A stretch of 64,000 nt of DNA from a virus, in the IMG/VR virus record IMGVR_UViG_3300032278_000002, positions 8,682 through 72,681 of that record. One strand, given 5' to 3'. Below, in pieces: positions 1-10,269 of this stretch (position 1 is the first letter of the stretch; every line of letters begins with the position of its first letter). The position numbers were made by a program, and so were the translations under genes. Under the pieces are notes generated by a model. It saw only the letters and a program-made list of their open reading frames with translations. It made no database searches and was not told where the DNA came from.

Positions 1-1515
1 AACGCTTATTCCAGCATAAGCCCCGAGGCACGTGGAATTCGAGTGAGTTTGCTCGGAGGAATACGCCATGGTACTTTTTCCGATAGCCGTGTTGTCTCCG
101 CCCGTAGTGTTGTATCCGGCGTAATCGCCGATGAAAGTACTATGATCAGTGGTTAGGTCGCCATCAGGGGAATTGCCGGCGTTCGCACCGACCGCCACGT
201 TCTGCTGCCCCGTGGTGCAATTCGACAGCGCGTTGTAACCGACCGCCACGTTTCCTTCGCTACCGACGGATGTACCTTGTGTGAAATTCACCAAGGCGTT
301 GCCGCCGACGGCCGTGCACGCCCCTCCATCAGTGCATTCCATCAGCGCGGAGCCGCCAATGGCGGTATTTATTGAGCCTACCGTGCTACTATACCCCGCT
401 TTGTACCCCATATACGTGTTCCACGAACCTGAGGTCACGGCAACGCCGCAAGTCAGTCCTACGGCTACGTTGGCCACGCCCTCGTCCGACCCGTTGCTAT
501 CAAGAACCCGAAGGTTGTCCTCCCCTATGGCAACATTGCCATTTGGTTCGCCCGTACACTCACCCATGGCGGAAACGCCAATGGCAATGTTATTATATGC
601 GGTTGTGGGCGGATCTGCGATTTGTCCCTTCAGCGCGTTCCACCCGAGCATAATGTTATCCCACCCGGTTTCGACGCCTAGTCCCGTGAGTTGCCCGAGG
701 GCGACATTCCGATAACCTGACGTCAAATTTATCAGCGCCCCGCTTCCGAGTGCAATGTTGAACGAACCGTCCGCTAACCCGATGACGCTCAAGACACCGT
801 CTTCGTCAACGGTCATGTCCGGGCCGGGCTTGACTCCGCCAACGACGCTGTCAGTGGCAGCAGGTAAAGTGTAATTATTGGCTCCGTCTTCGACGTTCAA
901 CAGCGTCCTGACTTGGGAGGTGGTGAGCATCTGGGTTTCCGCCGGGCTCGCCGTATTATTTCCCAACAACGAGTGGGACTCAAGGTTTTGCACCTTCGCC
1001 CACGTTACCGCCAAGTCAGCGAGCGCGGCAGTGGTAACTGCCCCGGCAGTAATGTCGGAAGGAGTCAGGGAGCCGGAATAAACATCGAACCTGAGGGGCC
1101 CCGTCCAATTAGCGAGCGCAAAAACTTGAGGAACCAAGTTGGCCTTGGATACCCAAAGGGCCCATCCTGTGAAGGTCTTCGTGACATCCCACCCCGTGGG
1201 CGTCCCAGCCGTCCAGCCCGAAGGCACCGTGTGCGGAGTGGTGGATCCGTCATTGTCCAGCGACGTTATCTGATAAGTGCTGGGGTTGTAATAATAAGTG
1301 GTCGTGGCTGCTCCGGTTCCGGCGACGAACCCCACCGTGGTGGCGTCCGCTATGGTTTCCCACGGCCACTCGGCGTAAATGACGACATCGCCCGTGGAAT
1401 AAGAGGCTAGGGGGTCAAAAAGGGAAAGCGTGGATCCCTCTACATGAATAGAGTCTATTTGGTCAGCGCTGCTGGCCTGATGAATCTCTCCGTTCTTTAG
1501 GAATAAGGGCTTCAT
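1..1515 (-). CDS. Tail fibre/adhesin with YadA-head (Hep/Hag)-like beta-roll repeats; truncated by window edge
   Basis: Not in ORF track; translated manually from ATG at 1515 (ATGA overlap with upstream stop) and open to base 1: MKPLFLKNGEIH...YTLPAATDSVVGGVKPG, then repeats NIALGSGAL, NVALG, NIAIG, NVAVG, NTAIGGSAL, NVAVGYNAL. Confidence 0.8.
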   Translation of the reverse strand, partial: MKPLFLKNGEIHQASSADQIDSIHVEGSTLSLFDPLASYSTGDVVIYAEWPWETIADATTVGFVAGTGAATTTYYYNPSTYQITSLDNDGSTTPHTVPSGWTAGTPTGWDVTKTFTGWALWVSKANLVPQVFALANWTGPLRFDVYSGSLTPSDITAGAVTTAALADLAVTWAKVQNLESHSLLGNNTASPAETQMLTTSQVRTLLNVEDGANNYTLPAATDSVVGGVKPGPDMTVDEDGVLSVIGLADGSFNIALGSGALINLTSGYRNVALGQLTGLGVETGWDNIMLGWNALKGQIADPPTTAYNNIAIGVSAMGECTGEPNGNVAIGEDNLRVLDSNGSDEGVANVAVGLTCGVAVTSGSWNTYMGYKAGYSSTVGSINTAIGGSALMECTDGGACTAVGGNALVNFTQGTSVGSEGNVAVGYNALSNCTTGQQNVAVGANAGNSPDGDLTTDHSTFIGDYAGYNTTGGDNTAIGKSTMAYSSEQTHSNSTCLGAYAGISV

Positions 1516-2057
1516 AGGGTCAAGGATTCAAGAGGCACGTATTTCCACGAGATGCCGTTATGGGCGAATAAAGCAGTCCAGACATAAGCCTGTGTTACGG
1601 ACGATTCAGTGGCTATGACGGAATTTGCCACGGACCCCTCCCGAACATTGAGGGTTGCGGCGGCGGCGGGAAAATCACCCCTGATAGTAACCTGAACCCC
1701 CGTGAGTGGAACTTCCGAGGAGACCGAAGGCAATATCAAGTCCAAAGTGGACGACGCGTCCATGGTGATGTCCACAAAATGAGACACTTGCCCCTGAGGG
1801 ACCTCGACAGCCTGTGATTGGCCGGAGGCTCCGGCGGTGAGTTTGGTGGCTCCGCTAAGGGCGGGAACGTTCTGCAAAAGAGCCCAGTCCACGTAAACTG
1901 CGGTCGTGGAAATACTCAAGTCGTTGATTAACTCCAGCAACGAACACTGGACCGACTTCCCGTCTTGTACGATGAGGATAGTCTCGGTCTTGTCCAGCGG
2001 GCGAAGTTTGGACTGAAGCTCGGACAGTTGAATGTCTGACGTGTACCTGAAACTCAT
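1512..2057 (-). CDS. Putative virion structural protein
   Basis: 181 aa, beta-rich, translationally coupled within the structural operon. Confidence 0.55.
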   Translation of the reverse strand: MSFRYTSDIQLSELQSKLRPLDKTETILIVQDGKSVQCSLLELINDLSISTTAVYVDWALLQNVPALSGATKLTAGASGQSQAVEVPQGQVSHFVDITMDASSTLDLILPSVSSEVPLTGVQVTIRGDFPAAAATLNVREGSVANSVIATESSVTQAYVWTALFAHNGISWKYVPLESLTL

Positions 2058-3079
2058 AGCCGTACCGGTTGATCGGGTTCGAAATTGATTTCAGTGTCCG
2101 AAAGCGCCTTGCCGATGAACTGGGATATCCCCGTGGAAGGGCTAATGGTCGTGACGAGCCCGGGGGTCTCGGAAAGATAATACCGGGTTCCGGCGACGTA
2201 TCCCTCTCCCGGCAGAACGCCCTCCAAGAAAACGGCGGCCGACGCGCCCGAAGCTACGGCGGTTTTCACGTAGCCGTCGGCGGAATACCCGGCGATGGCT
2301 TGTGCTTTCAAGGCCCCCGCGGGCGTGAAAGTAACCAAATCGTTGGCGGAAAGGTTCTCAGCGGCGGTGGCGGTCTCGGCGTTAGTGCTCATCGTGGTCG
2401 AATTGTATTTTATTATTTGAGTGTCGTCCATACATTCCGGCGTGTATTCCGCACGGTCAAGGTGATAGATGGACCTATCCTTAGCGTAATCAAGCATGTA
2501 GCTGCTGTAAAGTTGCAAGTCCTTGTCTATTTCACGGGACACGTGAGCCTTCACGTAGTTAGCAACTAGTTTGGCGCAGCGGTCATCGAATGGAACAAGG
2601 TCCGGTTCCTCGAAATCCGAGACTTCCGAGATGTACCTCAGCATTACCTTTTCACTGGAAGTAACCCCATCGGTCGTGGTGATTGACACCAAGGGCGGGC
2701 GGACCTCGAACGAGCAGCTTCTGAAGGATGCGTTCGGGAAGTCGTCTATCCGCGTGGTGGGAAGTTTTTGCTGGTACTCGTCGTAGGTAATGCGCGCCCG
2801 GGACTCCACCCCAGTGGTTCGTATGACGTGTACGGAAGTTATGTTGGTCGCGGGGGACGCGAATTCCACGGAACTCTCGTCCGTGGTGTGCGTGAAATCG
2901 TCGTATTCGTACGTGTGGGAAAAGTGGGGCTTGAGGGACGGAATGAAAGACTGGAGGTCCAGTACTCCGGCTTTTATGACTTGATCAATGTACTTCTGAG
3001 TAAAGGACCCCTTGCGAACGCCGTCTACGGTCAGTAGGACACGGACCTTGTCTGTAAACTTCTTCCAAGGAATGAACAT
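2054..3079 (-). CDS. Putative head-tail adaptor with C-terminal DUF2190/capsid-fibre-like domain
   Basis: Downstream of capsid genes; C-terminus AAENLSANDLV..GYVKTAV..RYYLSETPG..QFIGKALS resembles phage decoration/fibre domains. Confidence 0.45.
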   Translation of the reverse strand: MFIPWKKFTDKVRVLLTVDGVRKGSFTQKYIDQVIKAGVLDLQSFIPSLKPHFSHTYEYDDFTHTTDESSVEFASPATNITSVHVIRTTGVESRARITYDEYQQKLPTTRIDDFPNASFRSCSFEVRPPLVSITTTDGVTSSEKVMLRYISEVSDFEEPDLVPFDDRCAKLVANYVKAHVSREIDKDLQLYSSYMLDYAKDRSIYHLDRAEYTPECMDDTQIIKYNSTTMSTNAETATAAENLSANDLVTFTPAGALKAQAIAGYSADGYVKTAVASGASAAVFLEGVLPGEGYVAGTRYYLSETPGLVTTISPSTGISQFIGKALSDTEINFEPDQPVRL

Positions 3080-3080
3080 T

Positions 3081-3467
3081 TCATTTCTTCTTCCTAGGCT
3101 GCTTCTTCTTGGGTTTGGGCTTCTCGTCGAGTGGATCGACTATTTCAGCTTCACCTTCCAGCAATACCTCTTCTACTTTCTCAGGCTTTGGATCTTCCGC
3201 AGGAGCCGCATCCGGTGGCGCGGGCGGGCTTACCTCGGATTCTTGCGAGGATGTCCCTTTGTTTTTTTTTAGGTCCTCGTACTCCTCTAAAGTAAGTTCT
3301 CGGAGAACTCGAGGCGTCTTCAAGAATTCCTTCGGGTCTACCTTAGCCTCGTTGAGCGCCAGTACCCCGATCCAAATGCCGGACGTCATTACTATAGGTT
3401 CCGCCAAGTACGACTTGGGACCGAACCTAATTGGATTTACAGCATTCTTGATCTCAAAGTACTTCAC
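3081..3467 (-). CDS. Hypothetical protein (acidic/Pro-rich middle, Lys-rich tail)
   Basis: 128 aa, coupled to neighbours. Confidence 0.6.
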   Translation of the reverse strand: MKYFEIKNAVNPIRFGPKSYLAEPIVMTSGIWIGVLALNEAKVDPKEFLKTPRVLRELTLEEYEDLKKNKGTSSQESEVSPPAPPDAAPAEDPKPEKVEEVLLEGEAEIVDPLDEKPKPKKKQPRKKK

Positions 3468-4030
3468 CGCTCCCTAGCTACAAGTGCGATCGCCTTCAGC
3501 CCGCCCTTTTCGATATCTGAGCCGGTTGTATTAGACAACTCAACCCCGGGGAGCACTGCGCAGCGGTCATAATAGTTGGCAGCTTGTCCGGTGGCTGCGA
3601 AACTGAACGTCTCGATGCTCTCATCTGAGCCGGTGATCTCAACATCGTCGTACCCTTTTGGTCCGTGTGGTGAAGCCTCTCCAGACAGGGGAGTGGACTC
3701 GTTGAGGGTGGCACCCGCGGCCTTGAACAACCTCAGGGTTTGGCCCTTGAAGTCATCCGCGGCGGCGATGATGCCGTCCGCGACTACTGCAGTAGTAGTT
3801 GTGCTGGTGCAATCGTTAACCTCGGTACCGGCCAGCGCCTTTACGTCGCCGAACGAATTAGTACCCATATTAACGACGCCTTCGATATTCCCGCCGTCCG
3901 AAGTGAAGTCGTAGCCTTGATTGACATTCACTACTTCTTTGCCGGTGTTCGCGTCAACCGTGCCTGCGTTAGTGACCACGACCAAATCAATGGCCTGTCC
4001 GTTAGATCCTCTTCCTAGTACTGATTCCAT
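3464..4030 (-). CDS. Putative capsid decoration protein
   Basis: 188 aa, G/A/T/D-rich, directly after the probable MCP. Confidence 0.5.
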   Translation of the reverse strand: MESVLGRGSNGQAIDLVVVTNAGTVDANTGKEVVNVNQGYDFTSDGGNIEGVVNMGTNSFGDVKALAGTEVNDCTSTTTTAVVADGIIAAADDFKGQTLRLFKAAGATLNESTPLSGEASPHGPKGYDDVEITGSDESIETFSFAATGQAANYYDRCAVLPGVELSNTTGSDIEKGGLKAIALVARER

Positions 4031-4055
4031 GGTAATATCCCTATGTTAATTAGAG

Positions 4056-5873
4056 TTAAGCTATTGTTGCACCGGCATCTTCGTGGTAGCCGAGCTTGTC
4101 GGTCACGCCTTCGAAGCCGATGTTGGTGCCGGCGGTAAGCGTACCAAGACTGAAGTTTTGGATCAGCAGGTGACGATCGGGACGATCGAGGAACGTGGTC
4201 CACTTGGTGGAGCGGAGGTTGTGTTCCGTGGAGTTGGACGAGATGCGGCACTTGTAGAGGCGGTCCGTCTCGGGATCCGGGCTCTTGCGGGTGACGCTGC
4301 TCGTTCCGCCGACTCCGACTTGAATGTCGGACCAATCCAGCGCCCAGAGGCAGCGCGCACGGGTCTTGAAGTCCTGATCGTCGGCCGCGCCGGTGAGGTT
4401 TGTTCCACCCACTGCGCCCTGATCGGGGCCTGCGTTGTCGGCGTACTTGTAGGCGAAGATTTGATCGTCGAAGAACTGATCCCGGAAAACGGCCAACTGG
4501 CAGCTGGCGTCGGGAATGTCGTACAGATCGTACTCGAAGCTCACCAAGTTGTTGTAGGTAAGTTTCTGGTTGAGCTTCGCGAAACGGTCGGTGCTCCAGC
4601 CGTAACGAGTCTTGAAGTACTTGGTGAAGAGCTCGAACAGGTAGTTCGCGGTCTCACGGTCCGTCATGACGTCGATGACTTGGATGCTGTCGCCGTCCGC
4701 CTCGCGGTGGCGCTTCAGCTCGTAGAGGTCCTCGAAGAACGTGATGAAGTCGATAACTCCTCCGTCCATGTCCTTCACGCGGCCCTTCTCGTTGAGCATC
4801 GTGTAAATGCCGAGCGCGTTGGCCTTGTACTCCAGCGTGCAGGTGGGATCTTCGGGATCGCTCACCGTGGGCAGGGAGGTGTAGGTTTCCGGAGTTTGAG
4901 CGGAGCTGAGATAATCGTTGAAGAACACGCTGTTCAACCAAGCTCTCTCGGAGAGTTGGGCGGCGCGCTTGTTCTGCTCAGCTATGCTCAGGAAGTTGAA
5001 GGTCTGGTCCCAAGGATTGATCTTGCCGTCCAGAATCTTCTGCAAGGTTTCGCGATATACTTGAGAAGTCACGCGCGACTCGCGGGTAGTCTGGAACCAA
5101 TTGACGAGGAGGCCGAGGTTTTGGTCGGCTGGCTGGTTTTCGCACCATGCCTCGTAATCGGAGATGTTGTTGGCTGCCAATACACCGATGCCGTAGACGG
5201 GAATGAACCCGGGGGCGGATTTGCCCAGCGGGAACAAGGTGACCGTGGCTTGTCGGAGGGTGCTGGTGTCGGAATTGACGGACCGGACGATCTGATAATG
5301 GATGGTGGCTCCTGTTTGAGCGGCGCCGACATTGGAATCCCACGTGTGCACGATGAGCGTGGAGCCTGAAAGGAAGTAGCGTTCCAGTTCGCGAGGTCCG
5401 CCGGCCTTGTCTCCGGAAGCGTTCTCGTGGCTCTTCCACGGGCTGTCGCCGAGGTCGAAGGTAATGTCAATGGCGTCGGTCGGGATGGATACCCCGTCGA
5501 CCACGCTTCCCGCGTCACTGCAAGTTGTGCCGGCGTTGATTCGCCAGTAATTGGCATTGAGGCGCCTGCGTTGCCTGCGCTGTATATAAGGAAGAATTAC
5601 GCTTTGCTCGTCGAATCGCACTTTGTTCAAGGAGCCCTTCAAGTTCTTTATGGAAGACTTGAGGAGAATCGAGAGATTCGACTCCTTGACGCCGAGGATC
5701 TTGGCTTCGGCCGAACTGGCGATTACTTGCGCGAGATTAGTCTCAGTGCCGGCAAGTGCCTTGAAGTTCTCCGGTGTTAGTCCGGTGATACTAGCGTTAG
5801 TGAGCGTGCAGCCCCGCTGAGGGGTGACGGATACGAGTTGCGGTAGATAACCAGTAGGAGGTGTAGTAGCCAT
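4056..5873 (-). CDS. Probable major capsid protein
   Basis: 605 aa; synteny TerL-portal-scaffold-MCP; own AT-rich upstream region; strong codon bias. Confidence 0.65.
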   Translation of the reverse strand: MATTPPTGYLPQLVSVTPQRGCTLTNASITGLTPENFKALAGTETNLAQVIASSAEAKILGVKESNLSILLKSSIKNLKGSLNKVRFDEQSVILPYIQRRQRRRLNANYWRINAGTTCSDAGSVVDGVSIPTDAIDITFDLGDSPWKSHENASGDKAGGPRELERYFLSGSTLIVHTWDSNVGAAQTGATIHYQIVRSVNSDTSTLRQATVTLFPLGKSAPGFIPVYGIGVLAANNISDYEAWCENQPADQNLGLLVNWFQTTRESRVTSQVYRETLQKILDGKINPWDQTFNFLSIAEQNKRAAQLSERAWLNSVFFNDYLSSAQTPETYTSLPTVSDPEDPTCTLEYKANALGIYTMLNEKGRVKDMDGGVIDFITFFEDLYELKRHREADGDSIQVIDVMTDRETANYLFELFTKYFKTRYGWSTDRFAKLNQKLTYNNLVSFEYDLYDIPDASCQLAVFRDQFFDDQIFAYKYADNAGPDQGAVGGTNLTGAADDQDFKTRARCLWALDWSDIQVGVGGTSSVTRKSPDPETDRLYKCRISSNSTEHNLRSTKWTTFLDRPDRHLLIQNFSLGTLTAGTNIGFEGVTDKLGYHEDAGATIA

Positions 5874-6011
5874 AGTATGTTTGGATTAAAAGTTAACTTT
5901 CACATAACCAGAATAGCACACACGTTGAAAAAAAGGAGCTTTTTCGAATTTTTCTTGAAATTAGCTAAAAGTTGAGGAAACTGCTCCTGTTTTTTGATTT
6001 TAAAAAAGCCC
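5874..6011 (-). promoter_or_regulatory. AT-rich promoter/operator region of the MCP gene
   Basis: Extended -10-like TGCTATTCT on minus strand; palindrome AAAGTTAACTTT at 5889-5900. Confidence 0.45.
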
Positions 6012-7397
6012 CTACAGCCCCAAGACCCCTAAGACCGGGTGAGCTGTCGAAGGCTCTTCCGTCATGGAAGTCGTTGCTCCCGTGGACTTTGTGGGACGTG
6101 CTTTAGGTGCTTCAGGCTCTTCAGCAACTGGTTGATGTTGTTTGGCGGCCGGAGGCGGTTTTCCCGTTTTATAAGACTCCAAGCTGCCTCGGACCTGCTC
6201 GAGCTGTCCGTTAACTTGATCTTTTACATAAAATTTCACCATATCCAAGACCTCATTGTCGGAAAAAGTCCAGTATTCCTTCCGCTTTTCGGCAGAAAGC
6301 TTATGGAAATCAGAGCGGGGGACGAATTTCTTCTTGTCCCGGAACCGATCTTTCCCGCCCTGCTTGGCAAAAGCACGACCCTGCGTATCCACGAACTCCG
6401 AAACTTCCGCGTGCGCGGGGTTGTTCTTATCATACGAAACCAGCCCGTTGCTCAGAGCCAAGAAGGTTGACCCGAAATGATGAGCCAGTTGAAGCGCCTC
6501 CTCTATGACGGGAACCTCGAACTGACGAGAAGCCCTCACAGCCTCTAATCCATCCTTTTGCACCGCTTCCTTTATGTCGTCCGGTATAGTGACTTCCGTT
6601 AATTCGTTATAAAATTTGGCAACTCGTTGCTGAACCATGGGAGCTGTCTGGGCCGCCCGGGCTCGGGCTTCGGCTTGAGCTACCCGCTCGTCGGTCTTTG
6701 AAAGTATTTCATGGCGGTCCATCGCGCGCTCGGCCTTACGCTTCTGCAACTCGGAGAACTTGGGACGATTCTTTGATATGAACTCGGCATACTCCATGTT
6801 ATCCATACTTGCCTCGAACATGGAATCGTCCTGAGTCGCCTTCTCCATGAAGGCCGCTTTTTTCCGGTGGAACTCAACCATCCTGTCAGGCAAGTCCTTG
6901 AGTTTCTCGTCGTTGGCTCCCGCCCACAACGTCAGCTCGTATTCATCCTTCTCCTCGTCGGTAAGGTCCATTCCGGCCACCGCGCTGACTGGTTGGTACG
7001 ACTCGGCTTGCGCGGTGGCAGGGGTGAACTCCTTCTCGATATCATCAAAATAGTCCTGAGACTCGGAATCTAGGTCCTCTTTCTTCGGGGCCTCCTCCGC
7101 CGGTTCCGGCTTGGGTTCGGGTTTCGCAGCCTCTGTTTCAGGAGTTTCCTCCTCCGAGTCAGCCAAATCGACCAAAGCATCCTCAAGGGACATGGCGACG
7201 GAACTTACGGGAGTGTCTCCCGGATGAGAGTCCTCCACCACCGGAACTTCCGTGGGCTCCTGTTCCGGGGGGACTTCCCCCAAGTCCTGAGAATACAGGG
7301 AGTCGAGTATTTGGTTACCCTGACCCGCTTCGTAGTCCTCAGCTTCGTGAGCGTTCTCGTTGGTTTCCTCTACTACTTCTTTAGTATCTTCGTCCAT
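6012..7397 (-). CDS. Probable capsid scaffolding protein
   Basis: 461 aa, very acidic disordered N-terminus plus helical core, between portal and MCP. Confidence 0.6.
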   Translation of the reverse strand: MDEDTKEVVEETNENAHEAEDYEAGQGNQILDSLYSQDLGEVPPEQEPTEVPVVEDSHPGDTPVSSVAMSLEDALVDLADSEEETPETEAAKPEPKPEPAEEAPKKEDLDSESQDYFDDIEKEFTPATAQAESYQPVSAVAGMDLTDEEKDEYELTLWAGANDEKLKDLPDRMVEFHRKKAAFMEKATQDDSMFEASMDNMEYAEFISKNRPKFSELQKRKAERAMDRHEILSKTDERVAQAEARARAAQTAPMVQQRVAKFYNELTEVTIPDDIKEAVQKDGLEAVRASRQFEVPVIEEALQLAHHFGSTFLALSNGLVSYDKNNPAHAEVSEFVDTQGRAFAKQGGKDRFRDKKKFVPRSDFHKLSAEKRKEYWTFSDNEVLDMVKFYVKDQVNGQLEQVRGSLESYKTGKPPPAAKQHQPVAEEPEAPKARPTKSTGATTSMTEEPSTAHPVLGVLGL

Positions 7398-9769
7398 TAT
7401 ACCTGCTGTGGTTGTTGTTGTTGCGCCATGGCTAGTTGGGCTTCCTGAGCTTGGGCAGCTTCCTCTTGAGAGTTAGCCACCGTTGCCGGAGGTGCCGCTT
7501 GAGCGACCGTGCCTTGCCCGGCCTCTTGTTGTGGTAAAATACCAAGCTGCTGCAAATCGCTTATCAATTGCTGCATGAACTTCTCCATTTCGTCCAAACG
7601 CTGCATGTTCTGCTGAACTTGTTGCTCGGCCTGATCCGGAAGAGCCTCGTCCTCGCCGTCCTCGATTTCCAAATTCAAGTCGAATCCCGTGCCGGAATTG
7701 CGGAAGATCTCGTTGATCATGGAGAACACGCGGTTCTTGCCGATGGCCTGCACCAGTTCTGGAGAGCCAAGCAGCTGGCCCAACAATTGAGTCAGCGTCT
7801 GAGCTATCATCGGATTGGACTGCCTTTCGGCGCCGTCCCGAGTAGTGAAAATGTAATCATGCTTCAATTTATCGAGATCTCCCAAAACGGTGTATTGAGC
7901 TGGAAGGTCTTCCCCCGTGGCATCTTCGGGAGCATCAAGCTCGAACCCGGCGTCCTCTATGGTTTTTCTGGTGTACCTCTTCAGCACGGGCACCTCGAGA
8001 TCCTCGGTTCCGTGGGACAATAGGGATTCGTACAGCAGCTTCTTCAGGCCGGCTCTTTGTTCGTCGATGCCGTCCGAAATATACGCGTACATGGTGTTGG
8101 TGGTGTTAGCCAACTCCTGAACCTCAGTGGCGGTGGACTCGGACTTGAGAGGCTGCCCCAACTCGGTGGGAGACATTATGAGCAACCTCTCGACTATCTG
8201 CAACAAACTGACGATAGATCGGAACCCCTCGTTCACCTTCTCGGCCATACTGACTTGGATGATCTCGACCACCTTGTTGGTGTCTATCCCCAGATCCGCC
8301 GCCTTTCGGGCCGAATACAGCAGAGCCTTGGGTTCTTCGTAGTAGTTGCGCCCGCGCAAGGACTCCTTGACGTATTCCCGCATGTCCTCGGAAAGAACAT
8401 CCTGATTGATCATCCAGATTTGAGTGAGCCCGGCCTTCATGTTCAACAAGATCTGAGACAGTATGTTGCTCATCTGATCTTGATAAGGCATGAGCTCATG
8501 GGCCATGGAAGTATTCACCAAGCGGGAATCATTCTGGTTTATGCCCCCGTAAACTGCGGGAATGCTCGGAAGGAACTCTCCATATACCACAGTGGCGTCG
8601 CTAGCCACGACCAGCCTCATCCAAATGTCCCCCTGATAATCCCCAAACCCGTCCCGCTTGGGATTAACTCGACGATAGTACTGGGTGAGAAACACCGAAT
8701 CATCCTCTTGATCCTTGGTATAAGTTCCCGTGGAAGTTCCTACGTTGGCCACTCGGTCGTTCAATAACGGGAAAGCGTCGGCATCCGCGGAAGTCTGGGC
8801 CGTCACCGACGGGAAGTTGATGTTAATATGGGAATAGTAATAACTGAACAAAGCCCGGTACAAGTTGAAGGTATCTATCAAGCTGGACGAATACTTTATG
8901 GCCTCTCGGTTCCAATAGGCGTTGTCGTTCTTGATGTCCCGGAACCGAACAACGTCCCAATATCCTATCCAGTCGGGGCCGGTGTCCGTGTTCAATTGGG
9001 CCATGGGCTTGGCTATATCATAAAAAGTCCGCGTGGGATGTGGGCTTACGAACTCTACCCCTTCTCTGAGCACCCGGTTCTTTATATTGACATCCCCATC
9101 GTCAAACGCCGAGGCTCGTTTGTCGTCGTAAAACTCCACTTTTCTATCCCACGCGGAAGACGAAAAAACCAAGCTGTAACCATATAGGAACATGTCCCGG
9201 ATGGCTTGGTTGAAAAAGTGTCGATAACCGTACTGGTCCGACATGATCTCGATTCGCTGCGACAATACGTCGGCACGGAGCTTGTCCGCTTGGGACGTTC
9301 CTCGGGGATCATACCGGAAATAGGGCCATAAATTGGAGAAGCGGGAACTCTGCGCCGCGGCGCGACGAGTGATATAAGACTTCAACAAGTTGACGGAAAC
9401 CTCATATAAGCGGGGGAGGCTTATGTTGGTGATCTCTCCGGTGCTGTCGTACTCGGTGAAATCCTGACCGCACTGAAGATCCTCCAGTTGACTAGAGCAC
9501 GCCTTCATGTCGATCTTGCCTTGCGCGTACAGCATCAAGGGAATCGTCGCTTTGTTAACGGGGTTCGAATCCCAAGCCAAGTCCACGGACTGGTATATCC
9601 GTGCGTTCTTGCAAGACCAATCCAATCCCTCGTGGATGTGGCGCTGGATCTCGTCCTCCCACTTCTCCCTCAAATCGTGATCAGGATCTTCCACATCCTC
9701 GCACGTGAATATTTTTCGAATGCGCTCGGAAGTGCACCCGAAATGTTTCAATACCTTCTTAGTGACCAT
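7397..9769 (-). CDS. Portal protein (podovirus/P22-like)
   Basis: 790 aa after TerL; SESTATEVQ motif; Q-rich coiled C-terminus. Confidence 0.75.
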   Translation of the reverse strand: MVTKKVLKHFGCTSERIRKIFTCEDVEDPDHDLREKWEDEIQRHIHEGLDWSCKNARIYQSVDLAWDSNPVNKATIPLMLYAQGKIDMKACSSQLEDLQCGQDFTEYDSTGEITNISLPRLYEVSVNLLKSYITRRAAAQSSRFSNLWPYFRYDPRGTSQADKLRADVLSQRIEIMSDQYGYRHFFNQAIRDMFLYGYSLVFSSSAWDRKVEFYDDKRASAFDDGDVNIKNRVLREGVEFVSPHPTRTFYDIAKPMAQLNTDTGPDWIGYWDVVRFRDIKNDNAYWNREAIKYSSSLIDTFNLYRALFSYYYSHININFPSVTAQTSADADAFPLLNDRVANVGTSTGTYTKDQEDDSVFLTQYYRRVNPKRDGFGDYQGDIWMRLVVASDATVVYGEFLPSIPAVYGGINQNDSRLVNTSMAHELMPYQDQMSNILSQILLNMKAGLTQIWMINQDVLSEDMREYVKESLRGRNYYEEPKALLYSARKAADLGIDTNKVVEIIQVSMAEKVNEGFRSIVSLLQIVERLLIMSPTELGQPLKSESTATEVQELANTTNTMYAYISDGIDEQRAGLKKLLYESLLSHGTEDLEVPVLKRYTRKTIEDAGFELDAPEDATGEDLPAQYTVLGDLDKLKHDYIFTTRDGAERQSNPMIAQTLTQLLGQLLGSPELVQAIGKNRVFSMINEIFRNSGTGFDLNLEIEDGEDEALPDQAEQQVQQNMQRLDEMEKFMQQLISDLQQLGILPQQEAGQGTVAQAAPPATVANSQEEAAQAQEAQLAMAQQQQPQQV

Positions 9770-10049
9770 TTCTAAACACCATGGGTTCGTCGATGGGATC
9801 CGGTACCGTGTCCGACACCGCGTAGTTTTCTATCAGAGTGAACAAGATACAAACGGGGCCGGGGAACCTACCCTCTTCCCGATACTCCTCGAAATTAGTG
9901 TGATCGCACATAATCATACTAGCTAATTCTCTCCACGTGACATCGATCAATGAACATAAGCGATCCACTCGTCGGGTATCCCACGCCTCACGTACGCCGG
10001 ACTCCTTGTAATGAATATCGATCAACAGCGAGTTGTCAGCTCTTACCAC
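9759..10049 (-). CDS. Hypothetical protein, possible HTH
   Basis: 96 aa, RLCSLIDVTWRELASMI; coupled to neighbours. Confidence 0.5.
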   Translation of the reverse strand: MVRADNSLLIDIHYKESGVREAWDTRRVDRLCSLIDVTWRELASMIMCDHTNFEEYREEGRFPGPVCILFTLIENYAVSDTVPDPIDEPMVFRNGH

Positions 10050-10269
10050 GCATTACCTCCAGAGCGGGGACCTTGGCGGGCTCCTTGTTCAAACTACCTG
10101 AATCAGTAACCTTGCCGTCGACTGACTCGATGTGGGCAGTCAGCGACTCGTCGGTGATCTCGCCGACCTCGACCTTCAGTTTTAAAATCATCTTGTCGCC
10201 CGGCTCCTTGCCAGAGAACAAGTCGCGGACTTCACTGTCCTCGAGGCTCAAGTGTATAGAGTTATCCAT
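10036..10269 (-). CDS. Hypothetical protein
   Basis: 77 aa between TerL and portal, overlapping junctions. Confidence 0.55.
   Translation of the reverse strand: MDNSIHLSLEDSEVRDLFSGKEPGDKMILKLKVEVGEITDESLTAHIESVDGKVTDSGSLNKEPAKVPALEVMRGKS

Noticed and set aside
1767-1777. TGATGTCCACA resembling the early motif (also GTATCCACAGG at ~45828)
   Set aside because: Partial matches inside coding sequence, compatible with chance
4083-5369. 428-aa plus-strand ORF
   Set aside because: Antisense shadow of the codon-biased capsid gene; the same applies to 18043-19083 and most short opposite-strand ORFs
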